Assembly: GCF_002113885.1 (NCBI RefSeq)
Contig: NW_018405634.1
Location: forward strand, 37,134 to 99,907
Direction: 5' to 3'
Origin: Mizuhopecten yessoensis
Lineage: Eukaryota
Length of the DNA stretch: 62,774 nucleotides
The notes under the pieces were generated by a model, which was not told where the DNA came from, searched no databases, and worked only from the letters and a program-made list of their open reading frames with translations. The position numbers were made by a program, and so were the translations under genes. The stretch's first letter is position 1; each line of letters begins with the position of its first letter. Positions 52,727 through 62,774 of this stretch are shown here, piece by piece.

Positions 52727-53149
52727 TTTAACAGAGTGCATGATTAATTAAATATAAAGCACTGCCACCGCATGGGACCTCTGGCTTACTAGTCTTACGC
52801 TCAACCGATCGAGCTAAAGAGAAGTTCTCCCTAGCCGAGACGGTAGGAAGCGGCTAGTATTTTACCAGGTGACATTGGCGCCCACGTAGGGACCCGGGAG
52901 ATATGACAAAAATACTCAGCAATACTTGCAAAGGAATCTCTATGATCCCTGGAAAACTCGGGACGAGTTTTTTCTTAAAGGGGGAGTATGTCACCCTGGT
53001 AAAATACTAGCCGCTTCCTACCGTCTCGTCTAGGGAGAACTTCTCTTCAGCTCGATCGGTTGAGCGTAAGACTAGTAAGCCAGAGGTCCCGGGTTCGATC
53101 CCATGCGGAGGCAGTGATTTATATTTAATTAATCATGCGCTCTGTTACA
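52727..53149 (+). mobile_element. Miniature LTR retroelement (TRIM; Helenus-like, tRNA-derived LTRs) with its two LTRs in inverted orientation
   Basis: Left repeat 52727-52874 is the reverse complement of the right repeat 52989-53149 (TGTCACC...TGTTACA). Degenerate PBS at 52876. PPT AAAGGGGGAG at 52977-52986. tRNA-like A/B boxes at 53040-53113. Confidence 0.8.
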
Positions 53150-53602
53150 TTTATAAACGATTTACCAGAACATGCCGAAACAATAATCAGATTATTTGCA
53201 GACGACGCCAAATTGATAGACAGAGCAGGGTTACTACTGGAAACAGATAGAGTGCAAAGGGATGGAGATAAACTAGGAAACTGATCAGGAAAATGGCAAT
53301 TTAAATTCAATGCTGCTAGATGTAAATCACTACATATTGGTCACAACAATGGAAAAGTCTACAGTATGAAAGAAAATAGGACGGAGAAAGACATGGAGCA
53401 ATTTTGGGAATAAAAGGATTTTTGAGCAATTTTTGAATTCAACAAATATATCTGGTTGTGTGGCAAAAGTCTACAGTATGATAGGTATGGACAAGAACCT
53501 ATGTTAACCATTTACCACTAATAAGACCCAATGGTGCAAGCCAACGCTTGGTGAATACTGCGTAGAGCCGACATCGAAGGATCAAAAAGCAACGTCGCTA
53601 TG

Positions 53603-54043
53603 CAGGTCCAGTACACTCTGCCGATTGAGCTATATAGCTGTAAAGACCTATAATAGCTCTATTGACCTATCTGAAATAGGTCTTTTGAGCTATTTTCAAG
53701 TGATTTTCTTTTTTAAGGAAAACGAAACAAAGTCGCATTTAAAAGAAGATTGTATCATTAGGTTGATAACAATAGACATTAAAAATGAGTATTCTTTTTA
53801 AAAAATAATGATGTAAAAAAATCGGAAATTTTACATTTATGAAAAATGAAAATAAACATCTAACTGTATTCTTTTTGTAGTCAACATTACCATTAACCTT
53901 ACTGTTTTATGCGACTTTGCTTTAATTTAATGAAATTTGAAATCTGAGAAAATATAGCTCAATACAGCTATAATTTATAGGTGTATATAGCTATATAGGT
54001 CTTTATAGCTATATAGCTCAATCGGCAGAGTGTACTGGACCTG
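53603..54043. mobile_element. MITE with long TIRs and a 5-bp TSD (CTATG)
   Basis: CTATG|CAGGTCCAGTACACTCTGCCGATTGAGCTATATAGCT ... AGCTATATAGCTCAATCGGCAGAGTGTACTGGACCTG|CTATG. Confidence 0.9.
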
Positions 54044-55879
54044 CTATGTGCCACGCTTAATGAACCAAATTGTCCGTGTCGTGTTAAGCAGGTGTTGTAC
54101 AACCAATTAGTGAGCGTCCATCCACTAGGAGGAATTTAAGTCCCTCACATTTCTTTTGCAGTTGCTTTCCGTTGGTTCCATTTCATTCTGGTGGGATCGT
54201 ATAGAACCCAATGTACTACATACCGGTAATGGCAATAGAAAACACAACAAAGGCTACAAATTGGTGAAAGCATATAAAGATCTGACATATAAAATATAGA
54301 AAGAGGAGGAATTATATGGACCTTTCAAAACAATACAGTTCGATACTGTCGACAAGGAGGCGTTCTTTGATATAGAAGATCAATCACGAACCAGAGGGAA
54401 TCAATTCAAACTGTAAAAACAAAACAAAAAACAAAGTTGAACGGCAGGAAAAACTGGGGTGTTTTTTTAACAGAATTATCTCAGACTGGTACAGCCTACC
54501 GAACGCTTTAGTTGAAGCTGAAACCTTAAACAGTTTCAAAAGCAAGATCAACGACCACTGGATGAACACGGCAATGACATCCGAGCCAGGCGGTTACTGC
54601 TAGGTGGGAAAAATCGAAAAGTAAAGTATTCATATGAATTTACAAAATATCAGCTGGGAAACAGGTTTCATGCACTCCTAAATCGCAATAGACCATTCAT
54701 TATGTAGAATATGGAACTTTCATGTATTTCCTCATCCCAAAACTAGGAACATGATCCTACCAAAAAAAAACACGAAAACAATCAAGGATGATCAGAACAC
54801 CTGAAGTATGAATGTAGATGCAGCTGACTGGAGATTGAATGAGGCTACTCGCTAATCTAGCATAGTGCTGTATATCGGACAACCGACAAGTTCAGAACCA
54901 AAACAAATGAGAACAAATAAATGTGATTGTAGATAAGACAATGTGATGTAACTTTTTAGATAATGCTATAAATAATGCGCCAACCCAGGCATACATAATG
55001 CGCAAACCCAGGTATATCAAGGAAGAAACAACAAAAGAACGGTCTCACTAGCCGCGCCTATCCAACGACCGGAGGGACAGTACGGACAGTAAATTACGTG
55101 TATAAAGTACATGCATGATAACGCTAAATATGGATTTAATCTTGATATTGTGTTGATTGTATGTCCGGCGAAATTTCTGGCGTTTAGCATGGATTACTCT
55201 TAATTGCAGTGGTGTGATGACGTTTCGGCTTCCAGGTAAATCTCTAATACCGAACCAATCCCATTTGGCTAAGAACTAATCCAGAAAAGAAAAGAAATAT
55301 TTTTACTATTTTTAACTACCGTCAACATTGTATAAAACAATACATAACCTCCGACCCCAAGGTTGACCACCATACGCAAACAGATTGATTGACGAACAAA
55401 CAAGACAACTATATACCTACTCTACTACATAAGCAGGAATAAAAGAAGGCATATTTATGTTTGGTGGTTTGTGTTAATGTTTTAATTAAGTCTTTCTTCC
55501 TAAGTAAAATTAAATAGAAGAATAAAAAACAAAAACAAAAACGATCGAACTATCCCATTTTTTCAGTCATGTTACCTGAACTTACATTATTTTTTAAGTA
55601 ATATGACACATTACACATAGGCAGTAATTAAGAAATAAAGGGTGACGATATTTATAATCAGTTGACGTGGATTTCTTTGACGTTAACCATTGTTCTGTAT
55701 CGCTAAGCAGGACGTGCTTGAAAGACTTGTTGGCATACATGTTTTTTTTATACCCTTTATCGTTTTATAATACTTCAAGACCACGTATATATTCTTAACC
55801 ATGTCTGAGTTCAGGTAGGTCATGGTCTAAACATTGGTACATTTTAACAACATAATTACTGATTTTATCCCTACATATA

Positions 55880-56365
55880 GGGCGTAAGAATTGTACCTGC
55901 ATGATCGTAAGAGGCGACTAAATTTGGTATCTTATCTTTTCTCTTCTTTCTAAACACTTTCTTCTACCTAATGTCTCCCTTGACAATGCCTCACTTTTGG
56001 CATTTAGTTGAGTGTTCGCCCCTGTGAGGAAGCTTTGGGTTCTGTCCCCTGGCCGAGACATACCAGAGTCTGTAAAAATGGTAGTTTCTACTCCCACTTA
56101 ACGCTCAGCAATTTAGGAGTTGGACGACTGGTTCGCCCGTAGTCAGTATAATTTGACCGGGTGGGGTGTCCTGCCGGGTGTCTTCGGCAGTATGTTTCAG
56201 TGGGGTAGCACTATAAAGTCGGCATCAGTTCCGCGCTGTCACAAGAAGACAAACACGAATATATCACTGCCTCCCAAAACACAAACGCATACACTACATG
56301 CATGCATCTTGCACACAGGGGAGGCCGTCCTTAAATGACCATAGCTGTTGATAGGACGTTAAAGT
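55880..56365 (+). mobile_element. Composite SINE (Meta-like segment + degenerate tRNA head + V-domain-like body)
   Basis: TCGTAAGAGGCGACTAAA; degenerate head TTAGTTGAGTG..GGGTTCTGTCCC; GACTGGTTCGCCCGTAGTCAGTATAATTTGACCGGGTG; tail GCTGTTGATAGGACGTTAAA. Confidence 0.65.
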
Positions 56366-56505
56366 TAAAGAATGCTAAACCCAAACCCAATTACTGATTT
56401 TTTTCTTATAGTGTGAAAATACAAGACTCTCTGTTCTCGCTTTTTGAAATTAGCACAAATTGGCTAGCATATCAGAAATGGTAATCCATTTGCGACCATA
56501 CTCTT

Positions 56506-57035
56506 TAACATGAGCATATTACTGATTACATAATTTCTGTTCATAGTCGTAACATGAGCATATTACTGATTACCTAATCTCTGCTCATAGTCGTAACATG
56601 AGCATATTACTGATTACATAATCTCTGCTCATAGTCGTAACATGAGCATATTACTGATTACCTAATCTCTGCTCATAGTCGTAACATGAGCATATTACTG
56701 ATAAAATAATCTCTGCTCATAGTCGTAACATGACCAAATTACTGACTACATAATCTCTGCTCATAGTCGTAACATGAGCGTATTACTTATTACATAATCT
56801 CTGCTCATAGTCGTAACATGAGCATATTACTGATAACATAATCTCTGCTCATAGTCGTAACATGACCAAATTACTGATTACATAATCTCTGCTCATAGTC
56901 GTAACATGAGCGTATTACTGATTACATAATCTCTGCTCATAGTCGTAACATGAGCATATTACTGATTACATAATCTCTGCTCATAGTCGTAACATGGGCG
57001 TATTACTGATTACATTATCTCTGTTCATAGTCGTA
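56506..57035. repeat. 44-bp minisatellite, ~12 copies
   Basis: Unit TAACATGAGCATATTACTGATTACATAATCTCTGCTCATAGTCG. Confidence 0.96.
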
Positions 57036-57174
57036 AGGAGAACGTCCCAAGAAGAGGCGATAATCTTACAATGCCGCCTGAAGGTTTTATATAATAAACT
57101 CGATACACGTGGACAGATGTTCACGTTGATTTTCTGTTCCAAGTTGTCCAAGCATTGTTAGCTTAAAAACGCTT

Positions 57175-57685
57175 CTCGCAAGCTTTTTGTCTTCACGCGA
57201 GCTTTTTGTCATCACACAAGCTTTATCTCTTCATGCAAGCTTTATATCTTCCCACAAGCTTTGTGTCTTCCCACAAGCTTTTTGTCTTACTACAAGTTTT
57301 ATGTCTTCACACAAGCTTCATGTCTTCCCATGAGCTTTAGGTCTTCACACAAGCTTTGTGTCTTCCCACAAGCTTTGTGTCTTCCCACAAGCTTTATGTC
57401 TTCCCATGAGCTTTAGGTCTTCACACAAGCTTTGTGTCTTCCCTCGAGCTTAAGCTGTGTCTTCATAAATGCTTTATGTCCTCACATGACCTATGTGTCT
57501 TCATAAAAGCTTTGTCTTCACACAAGTTTATCTTTTCCCACGACCTTTATGTCTATATAAAAGCTTTGTCTTCCCACGAGCTTTATTTCTTTATAAAAGC
57601 TTTGTCCTTACATATAAGCTTTGTGTCTTCCCACGAGCTTTATTTCTTCCCGTAAGCTTTGTCTTTACACGAGTTTTATGTCTTA
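57175..57685. repeat. ~19-20-bp degenerate minisatellite
   Basis: Unit CACAAGCTTTGTGTCTTCC. Confidence 0.9.
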
Positions 57686-59029
57686 ACATAATCTATTTCA
57701 ATTTTATTTATGTAAACCTGTTACAGATACAGGCTTTCATCGCATAGCGTAAACATAAAATCCGGAAGATATAATAATTGGGGCGATATATCTGACGAAT
57801 TTGACGAGTATCATTTTATTCTAGTGTTTAATTAATTCTTATTCTTATATTAGAACAAAATATTCTAAGTCATTTTTCTGGCGTCGTCCTTCTGTCTTCA
57901 AGCTTGTACAATTCCTGCCTGTAAGGAATGTAAAAGAACTGAATAACCTTGGTAATTGTTTGTGTATCGCCACTGCCAGGCGTGAAAGCTACTAGTAAAA
58001 TCATTGTGTTTTATGACACGGGTGTTACACATTGTTCAGCCTCCGTTATCTTGTATACAATTCATTTACTATGCATACAATTCATTTACTATGTAATACT
58101 CCTATCAGCTGTACTGCTATTTTAATCCTAATTTGTTGAGTTCAGCTTTGAGCTCGGGTATTTAAAATCCAACAATCATTTCACAATATCGTTTACTCTT
58201 ACATGTTTTAAAAATACAATTATTCGAAGTGCTTAATTTTAACCAGTATTTAATCATTCGAAGTTTCTACAAAAAAGATAATATCAATCTTCCTAACTGA
58301 AGTTCTACATGTCACGGTGGTCAAGCTAGTGGTTTAGCTTCCCATGTACATATTTTATATTAAATTACTATTTTATAAATACTTGCGCTGTGTGTGTGTG
58401 TGTGTGTGTGTGTCGGTTTGTATATATCTGTCACGGTGGGTGTTATTGTGACGTGTGAGAGGTGAGAGATAATATTGGCTGAGAGAGACACTTTGACCCT
58501 GCATGAACCCATTTGCACGTGGGAGTCTCACCTGAGCACCCGACGTGTATTTCAACACCAGTCTTGAGTTAACCCTGTAGGAAGCAGCAATAATTAACTG
58601 TAGCTCTAGATCTAAGGCTGTAAGGCTACTATTTTCAATACATTTTTTATCTAAAATATTCTTAACAGCTGTAAATAATATATTGTTAAATACATTTCAG
58701 GATAGTATATACATACTTCTACTTAAATTAATAACTTACAAATATATGCCCGTGGGTATATGTACAGCCCACGTGGTCACATGACATTGTCGCTATATAT
58801 ATAACTAGTAGGATCAACGTGGGTATGAAAATAACGTTAGGGGACTTGGGTAGAATCACGGGATTAGGTGTTATCTAAGTCCGTGATAGAATTAAATTCA
58901 TAACTAATAATAGTATAGACTTATGTAGGTAACTGATACATACAGTATAAATTATAGTGAACAAATTATCATTTACACGTAATTTGGATGTATAGTCGCT
59001 TGTATAATTTTATTTCAGGTCGCCGTTTC

Positions 59030-59138
59030 CTCGTGTCTCCGTGTACATGTGTCTCCTTGCCAATGTGTCTCCTTGTACATGTGTCTCCTTGCCAATGTGT
59101 CTCCTTGTACATGTGTCTCCTTGCCAATGTGTCTCCAT
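59030..59138. repeat. Short ~16-bp tandem repeat with alternating variants
   Basis: TGTGTCTCCTTGCCAA / TGTGTCTCCTTGTACA. Confidence 0.85.
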
Positions 59139-59215
59139 GTTGCGTTTTAAGTGTAATAAATAAAACCAACTATATTGACAAATTGTCTTGGAATACTATA
59201 TATATATATGTATAT

Positions 59216-59356
59216 TGTAGTACGGAAAACCCATTAAATAGTATTAGTGTACTCGTGTGACATTGGCGCCCAACGTGGGGCCCCGGGTAACACTGACAAG
59301 AATCGCTTTGACCTCTGCAAAAACTCGGGACGAGCTCTTACCTGGAGAGTTCTACA
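59216..59356 (+). mobile_element. 141-bp remnant of a miniature LTR element with a perfect tRNA-Lys PBS
   Basis: TGTAG...GTGACA-T-TGGCGCCCAACGTGGGGC(59264-59281)-CCCGGG..TGACAAGAAT..AAAACTCGGGACGAG..GAGTTCTACA. The internal part is similar to 52893-52976. Confidence 0.7.
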
Positions 59357-59529
59357 GTATCATAAAAAAACACCTTTAATTGTTTCCTATTTCACCACCA
59401 GTTCTGAATACAACTGTTTTCGTCGTTTCTGTATTGAAATTGAGTTGTACTTCTTATTATATAACTTCAAGGCTTCTAAAATCTGTTGTAGCTTTTCTGG
59501 TGTCCCCGCAAATAGCACCGTATCAACAT

Positions 59530-59770
59530 GAGAATTTGTTACAGCTATATTTGGACCTAAACTAAGGTGTTTAGAGTAATTTTACACGCTTGGTGGGTTT
59601 CGGTAAAAAAAAAAAAAATGCCACATATAATGAAGAAGGGCGGGTAAGCTCTCGATGTCGAGCATATTGGGGGTGGCATTACCCCCTAAAATCGATCTAA
59701 ACCCCCCAAACGTGTAAAATTAATCCAAACACCTTAGTTAAGGTCCAAATATGGCTGTAACAAATTATCA
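59530..59770. mobile_element. MITE with ~70-bp TIRs just upstream of GSTM; partial second copy at ~60365-60432
   Basis: AATTTGTTACAGCTATATTTGGACCTAAACTAAGGTGTTT is mirrored by AAACACCTTAGTTAAGGTCCAAATATGGCTGTAACAAATT. Confidence 0.8.
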
Positions 59771-59894
59771 GATCCCTGCACATGTGTGTGTGTTCTACAT
59801 ATGATAACACCGACAAGGTATCCCAAGCGGCCTCACAAGTACTACGCCTCGCGCACTGTCTGTACGCCGAGCAGGACAGATCAACACAATCAAC

Positions 59895-59930
59895 ATGCCG
59901 ACCAGATTAGGCTATTGGAAAATACGAGGG
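59895..59930 (+). CDS. GSTM: Mu-class glutathione S-transferase, exon 1 (MPTRLGYWKIRG)
   Basis: Diagnostic LGYWxIRG N-terminus with the catalytic Tyr. caacATG context. Donor GGG|GTAAGC. The 36-nt coding length is as recalled for vertebrate GSTM exon 1. Confidence 0.9.
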
Positions 59931-61159
59931 GTAAGCCTTTCTAACAAAGACATACTAGACATACTTCATTATAATGGTAGTGTTTTTTAATGCTAAACAC
60001 GAACTTGTATGTATATTACTTGCAAATATGAAACCGGCATGGTATGTACAGTATGTGTCACTCACTAACTATTTGACGAGATGAGAGTGTGTGATGTTCA
60101 CGTGTACATGACACACCTGTGGCGGTGCACCTAACACACGTGAAGTAACAAATAATTAGCGTCCCTAGAGCTAGATCTAACTAGGATACAACATGTATTT
60201 TTATCTTGTAGGCGTAGCATGTTGCTGTAACTCCGCACTGCGGAGAAGTTATAGGCTAGCCCGAAAATGTCTGGCTCGTTAACGTTGTTAGGAGACAATC
60301 AAATGCAAGCCAATAGATAAATATATATATATATCATCATTGGGGGTCATTTTTACTAAAATGCGATCTAAACCACGTACTAAAACATGTAAACTTACTC
60401 TGAACACCTTAGTTTAGGTCCAAATATAACAAACACGTTCTGAGGTCACTGTGTCAGAGACGTATATATTACGTAATATATAAAACGTAATATATACACG
60501 TCTCTGGAAGTGTGTGCCTAGGGCACAGGTACTAGCCTCGTCTGTCAATACACCTATTATATTAAATAAGTATGGAGGAGACAGATGGATTAATATATAA
60601 CAAACTCTTCCTTTGTAATTTGACAGAAAACACTAAAACTATATATACAATGACAACAATATGATGGATAAGTGTAAAAGCTAGCCTGAATGTTGGCCGG
60701 ACAGAAATGTAATGCAAAGGGCCAGAGGAAACTTTTAGTGTAAAACATGTGTCAAGTTTTACAGGCGAGACACTTTGTCAAGGCTGCACAAAAAACACCT
60801 TTATCTTTTGAGCTATCAATATTAGGTCACTTGGAAGGTTAATCTTTCTCTTTTTTTGTGTGTGTGTTTATATTTGGGGTTAACAGAGATGGAACAATGT
60901 TACTAGTCCATATGTAAATTCCACTTATCCAATACTATATACTATTCCACATGATAAGTACTGTAATATCTGACGAGTCGCTATGACATAGTGTATCATT
61001 TAGAGGACCAGAATGAAGATTTACTGGTAGTTGGACGAGGAATGAGGTGCACGTGTATTAAACTACATTTTAATTGTTTTACCTCATCATATTTTCTCCA
61101 ACACTGCATAGATGCATTCCGCTTTTTATTAGGGAAAGATTATAAGACTCTTTCGTGCA

Positions 61160-61690
61160 CTAAGGGGTGTAGGATTGGGAAATTCCACCTGAGGGGTTTT
61201 CAAATTTGGTAAAACCTGAGGCTTTGCCAAGGGTTTTGCCAAATTTGAAAACCCAGAGGGTGTAATTTCCCTTTCCTACATTTCTATGGATGAAAAGAGT
61301 ATTTTTCTCTCATTTAAACCACCAGAGAAACCATGAAAATGCGTTTGGATTGGCCGCCATTTTGAAAATATCAATTTTTCCCCTCAACTTTTAATACGAA
61401 AACAAATTAGCCAGCCAGATTAAGCAAATCCCATATTTGCAAACTGCACTTAAATATTAATCTCATCTTTCTAACATGTACTGTAAATATATTGTAAAAG
61501 GTTTTAATTTCATCACGTCGCCTTTTCCGCATTTGGGGCATCGGAGAGTTCAAAATTTGTGATGTCATGTCATTGTTGAGCCATTGTGATGTCACGTCAC
61601 GTGAAATGGGGTGTTAGATAGAAATTTCCTACACCCCTTTCTTGACCTGGACAGCTCTATTGTACACACAGGGAAATGAGTGAAAAAAAT
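61160..61690 (-). mobile_element. Hairpin + subterminal inverted repeat element (same architecture as 43665-44220, opposite orientation) in GSTM intron 1
   Basis: Hairpin GGGTTTTCAAATTTGGTAAAACC...GGTTTTGCCAAATTTGAAAACCC. Inverted pair TTTTTCTCTCATTT (61302) / AAATGAGTGAAAAA (61674). Confidence 0.65.
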
Positions 61691-61741
61691 GTCAATGAAA
61701 AGACACATACATGTGTTGTTATTCTGAAAGCATTGCCATTG

Positions 61742-62028
61742 TGTCATCACTTCCCACAGGGTAACCAGGGTCATTTCCTCAGTGTCATCACTTCCCACAG
61801 GGCAACCAGGGTCATTTCCTCAGTGTCATCACTTCCCACAGGGTAACCAGGGTCATTTCCTAAGTGTCATCACTTCCCACACGGTAACCAGGGTCATTTC
61901 CTCAGTGTCATCACTTCCCACACGGTAACCAGGGTCATTTCCTCAGTTTCATCACTTCCCACAGGGTAACCAGGGTCATTTCCCCAGTGTCATCACTTCC
62001 CACAGGGTAACCAGGGTCATTTCCTCAG
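61742..62028. repeat. 41-bp minisatellite, 7 copies, in GSTM intron 1
   Basis: Unit TGTCATCACTTCCCACAGGGTAACCAGGGTCATTTCCTCAG. Confidence 0.95.
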
Positions 62029-62485
62029 TTTAAATGTCTCACATTTCACGCACCCACAGTGCAGTGGGTTCACCATTACAACATTGTTTGATGACTGGAA
62101 AAATTGAAGTGTGAAACTATGAATGATATACTTCAGAAATCTTATAGAGGGTTTAGATTTCTCTTGTCTGCAAATTCTGATCTATTTCATGTAACTTGGT
62201 GCTGTCACTGGTACCAAACCCTGCATACCCCCTAAATGTTCATGTTTGGTTTCATTTTCTCTTCAGTTTCTTTCTTGTACATTGAACATTTACTTTAGTT
62301 ATTGCATACTTGGTTCCCTGGCCCAGGACCCTGAAAGTCTTAACATTAACAAAAAGATATTTGACATGTAAGCTATTTCAATGCCCTTAAAATTATGCAT
62401 ACATTTATGACATGTGCCTCGATCTTGCTGTGGTAGCTTACCAACTGGGCTATGTGAGTACTATATGAGATAACACATGTTTCAG

Positions 62486-62561
62486 CTTGCCCAACCCGTC
62501 AGGCTCTTGTTGAGGCATGCAGGGGAGGATTATGAAGATATCCTTTACGAACAAGGAGATG
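62486..62561 (+). CDS. GSTM: Mu-class glutathione S-transferase, exon 2 (LAQPVRLLLRHAGEDYEDILYEQGD); gene continues beyond the window
   Basis: Acceptor tgtttcag|CTT. 76-nt exon. Donor GATG|GTATGT. The RLLL motif continues exon 1 in phase 0. Confidence 0.9.
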
Positions 62562-62669
62562 GTATGTAACTTATGTTTGTAAATATCTTTGGCCGATTTT
62601 CTTAATTATGTCCAATAAAAAGTATCCTTATCTACATATCAATTTAATGTATGATATCGTACCTACAAA

Positions 62670-62774
62670 TTATGTATGACACATTGTAGTATGTGTTATA
62701 TATGACATTGTAGTATGTGTTATATATGACATTGTAGTATGTGTTATGTATGACATTGTAGTATGTGTTATGTA
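62670..62774. repeat. 24-bp minisatellite running off the window end, GSTM intron 2
   Basis: Unit ATGACATTGTAGTATGTGTTATAT. Confidence 0.9.

Larger units (their letters stand above)
52100..54565 (+). mobile_element. Decayed CR1-type LINE split by two insertions (pieces ~52100-52260, 53150-53490, 54240-54565)
   Basis: Motifs AFDTVPHQRLLKKL..IRGKILNWIRAF, FINDLP..IRLFADDAKL, WQFKFNAARCKSLHIG and FFNRIISDWYSLP..LNSFKSKIND. Confidence 0.85.

Noticed and set aside
53040-53113. Functional tRNA-Thr gene
   Set aside because: The anticodon and acceptor stems do not pair properly and the sequence sits inside an LTR. It is treated as a tRNA-derived promoter cassette.

Overview
Repeat-rich, AT-rich animal genomic DNA. 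The Helentron-associated elements and V/Meta/CORE-type SINEs suggest a bivalve mollusc, but that is inference. Two real genes can be reconstructed from splice sites and reading phase. (1) A complete 6-coding-exon EFCAB12-like gene on the minus strand, complement(join(32672..32945,40600..40909,42586..42796,45846..46258,46904..47099,48897..49640)), 715 aa. (2) The first two exons of a Mu-class glutathione S-transferase on the plus strand (59895..59930, 62486..62561), continuing past the window. Nearly all other long ORFs in the track come from minisatellites, N-gaps or decayed LINEs. The rest is about 18 tandem arrays, decayed RTE-X/L2/CR1/Penelope-like retroelements, SINEs, MITEs and hairpin-ended (Helentron-like) elements. 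The most unusual items are: (a) a miniature LTR element at 52.7-53.15 kb with tRNA-derived LTRs in inverted orientation and three tRNA-Lys primer-binding sites, two of them fused head-to-head; (b) an 18-copy minisatellite made of an EFCAB12 exon end plus its splice donor; (c) a 4.6-kb satellite whose unit carries GTAAGT-CTAAC-CAG splice signals. All calls were made by eye. Repeat boundaries and copy numbers are approximate.
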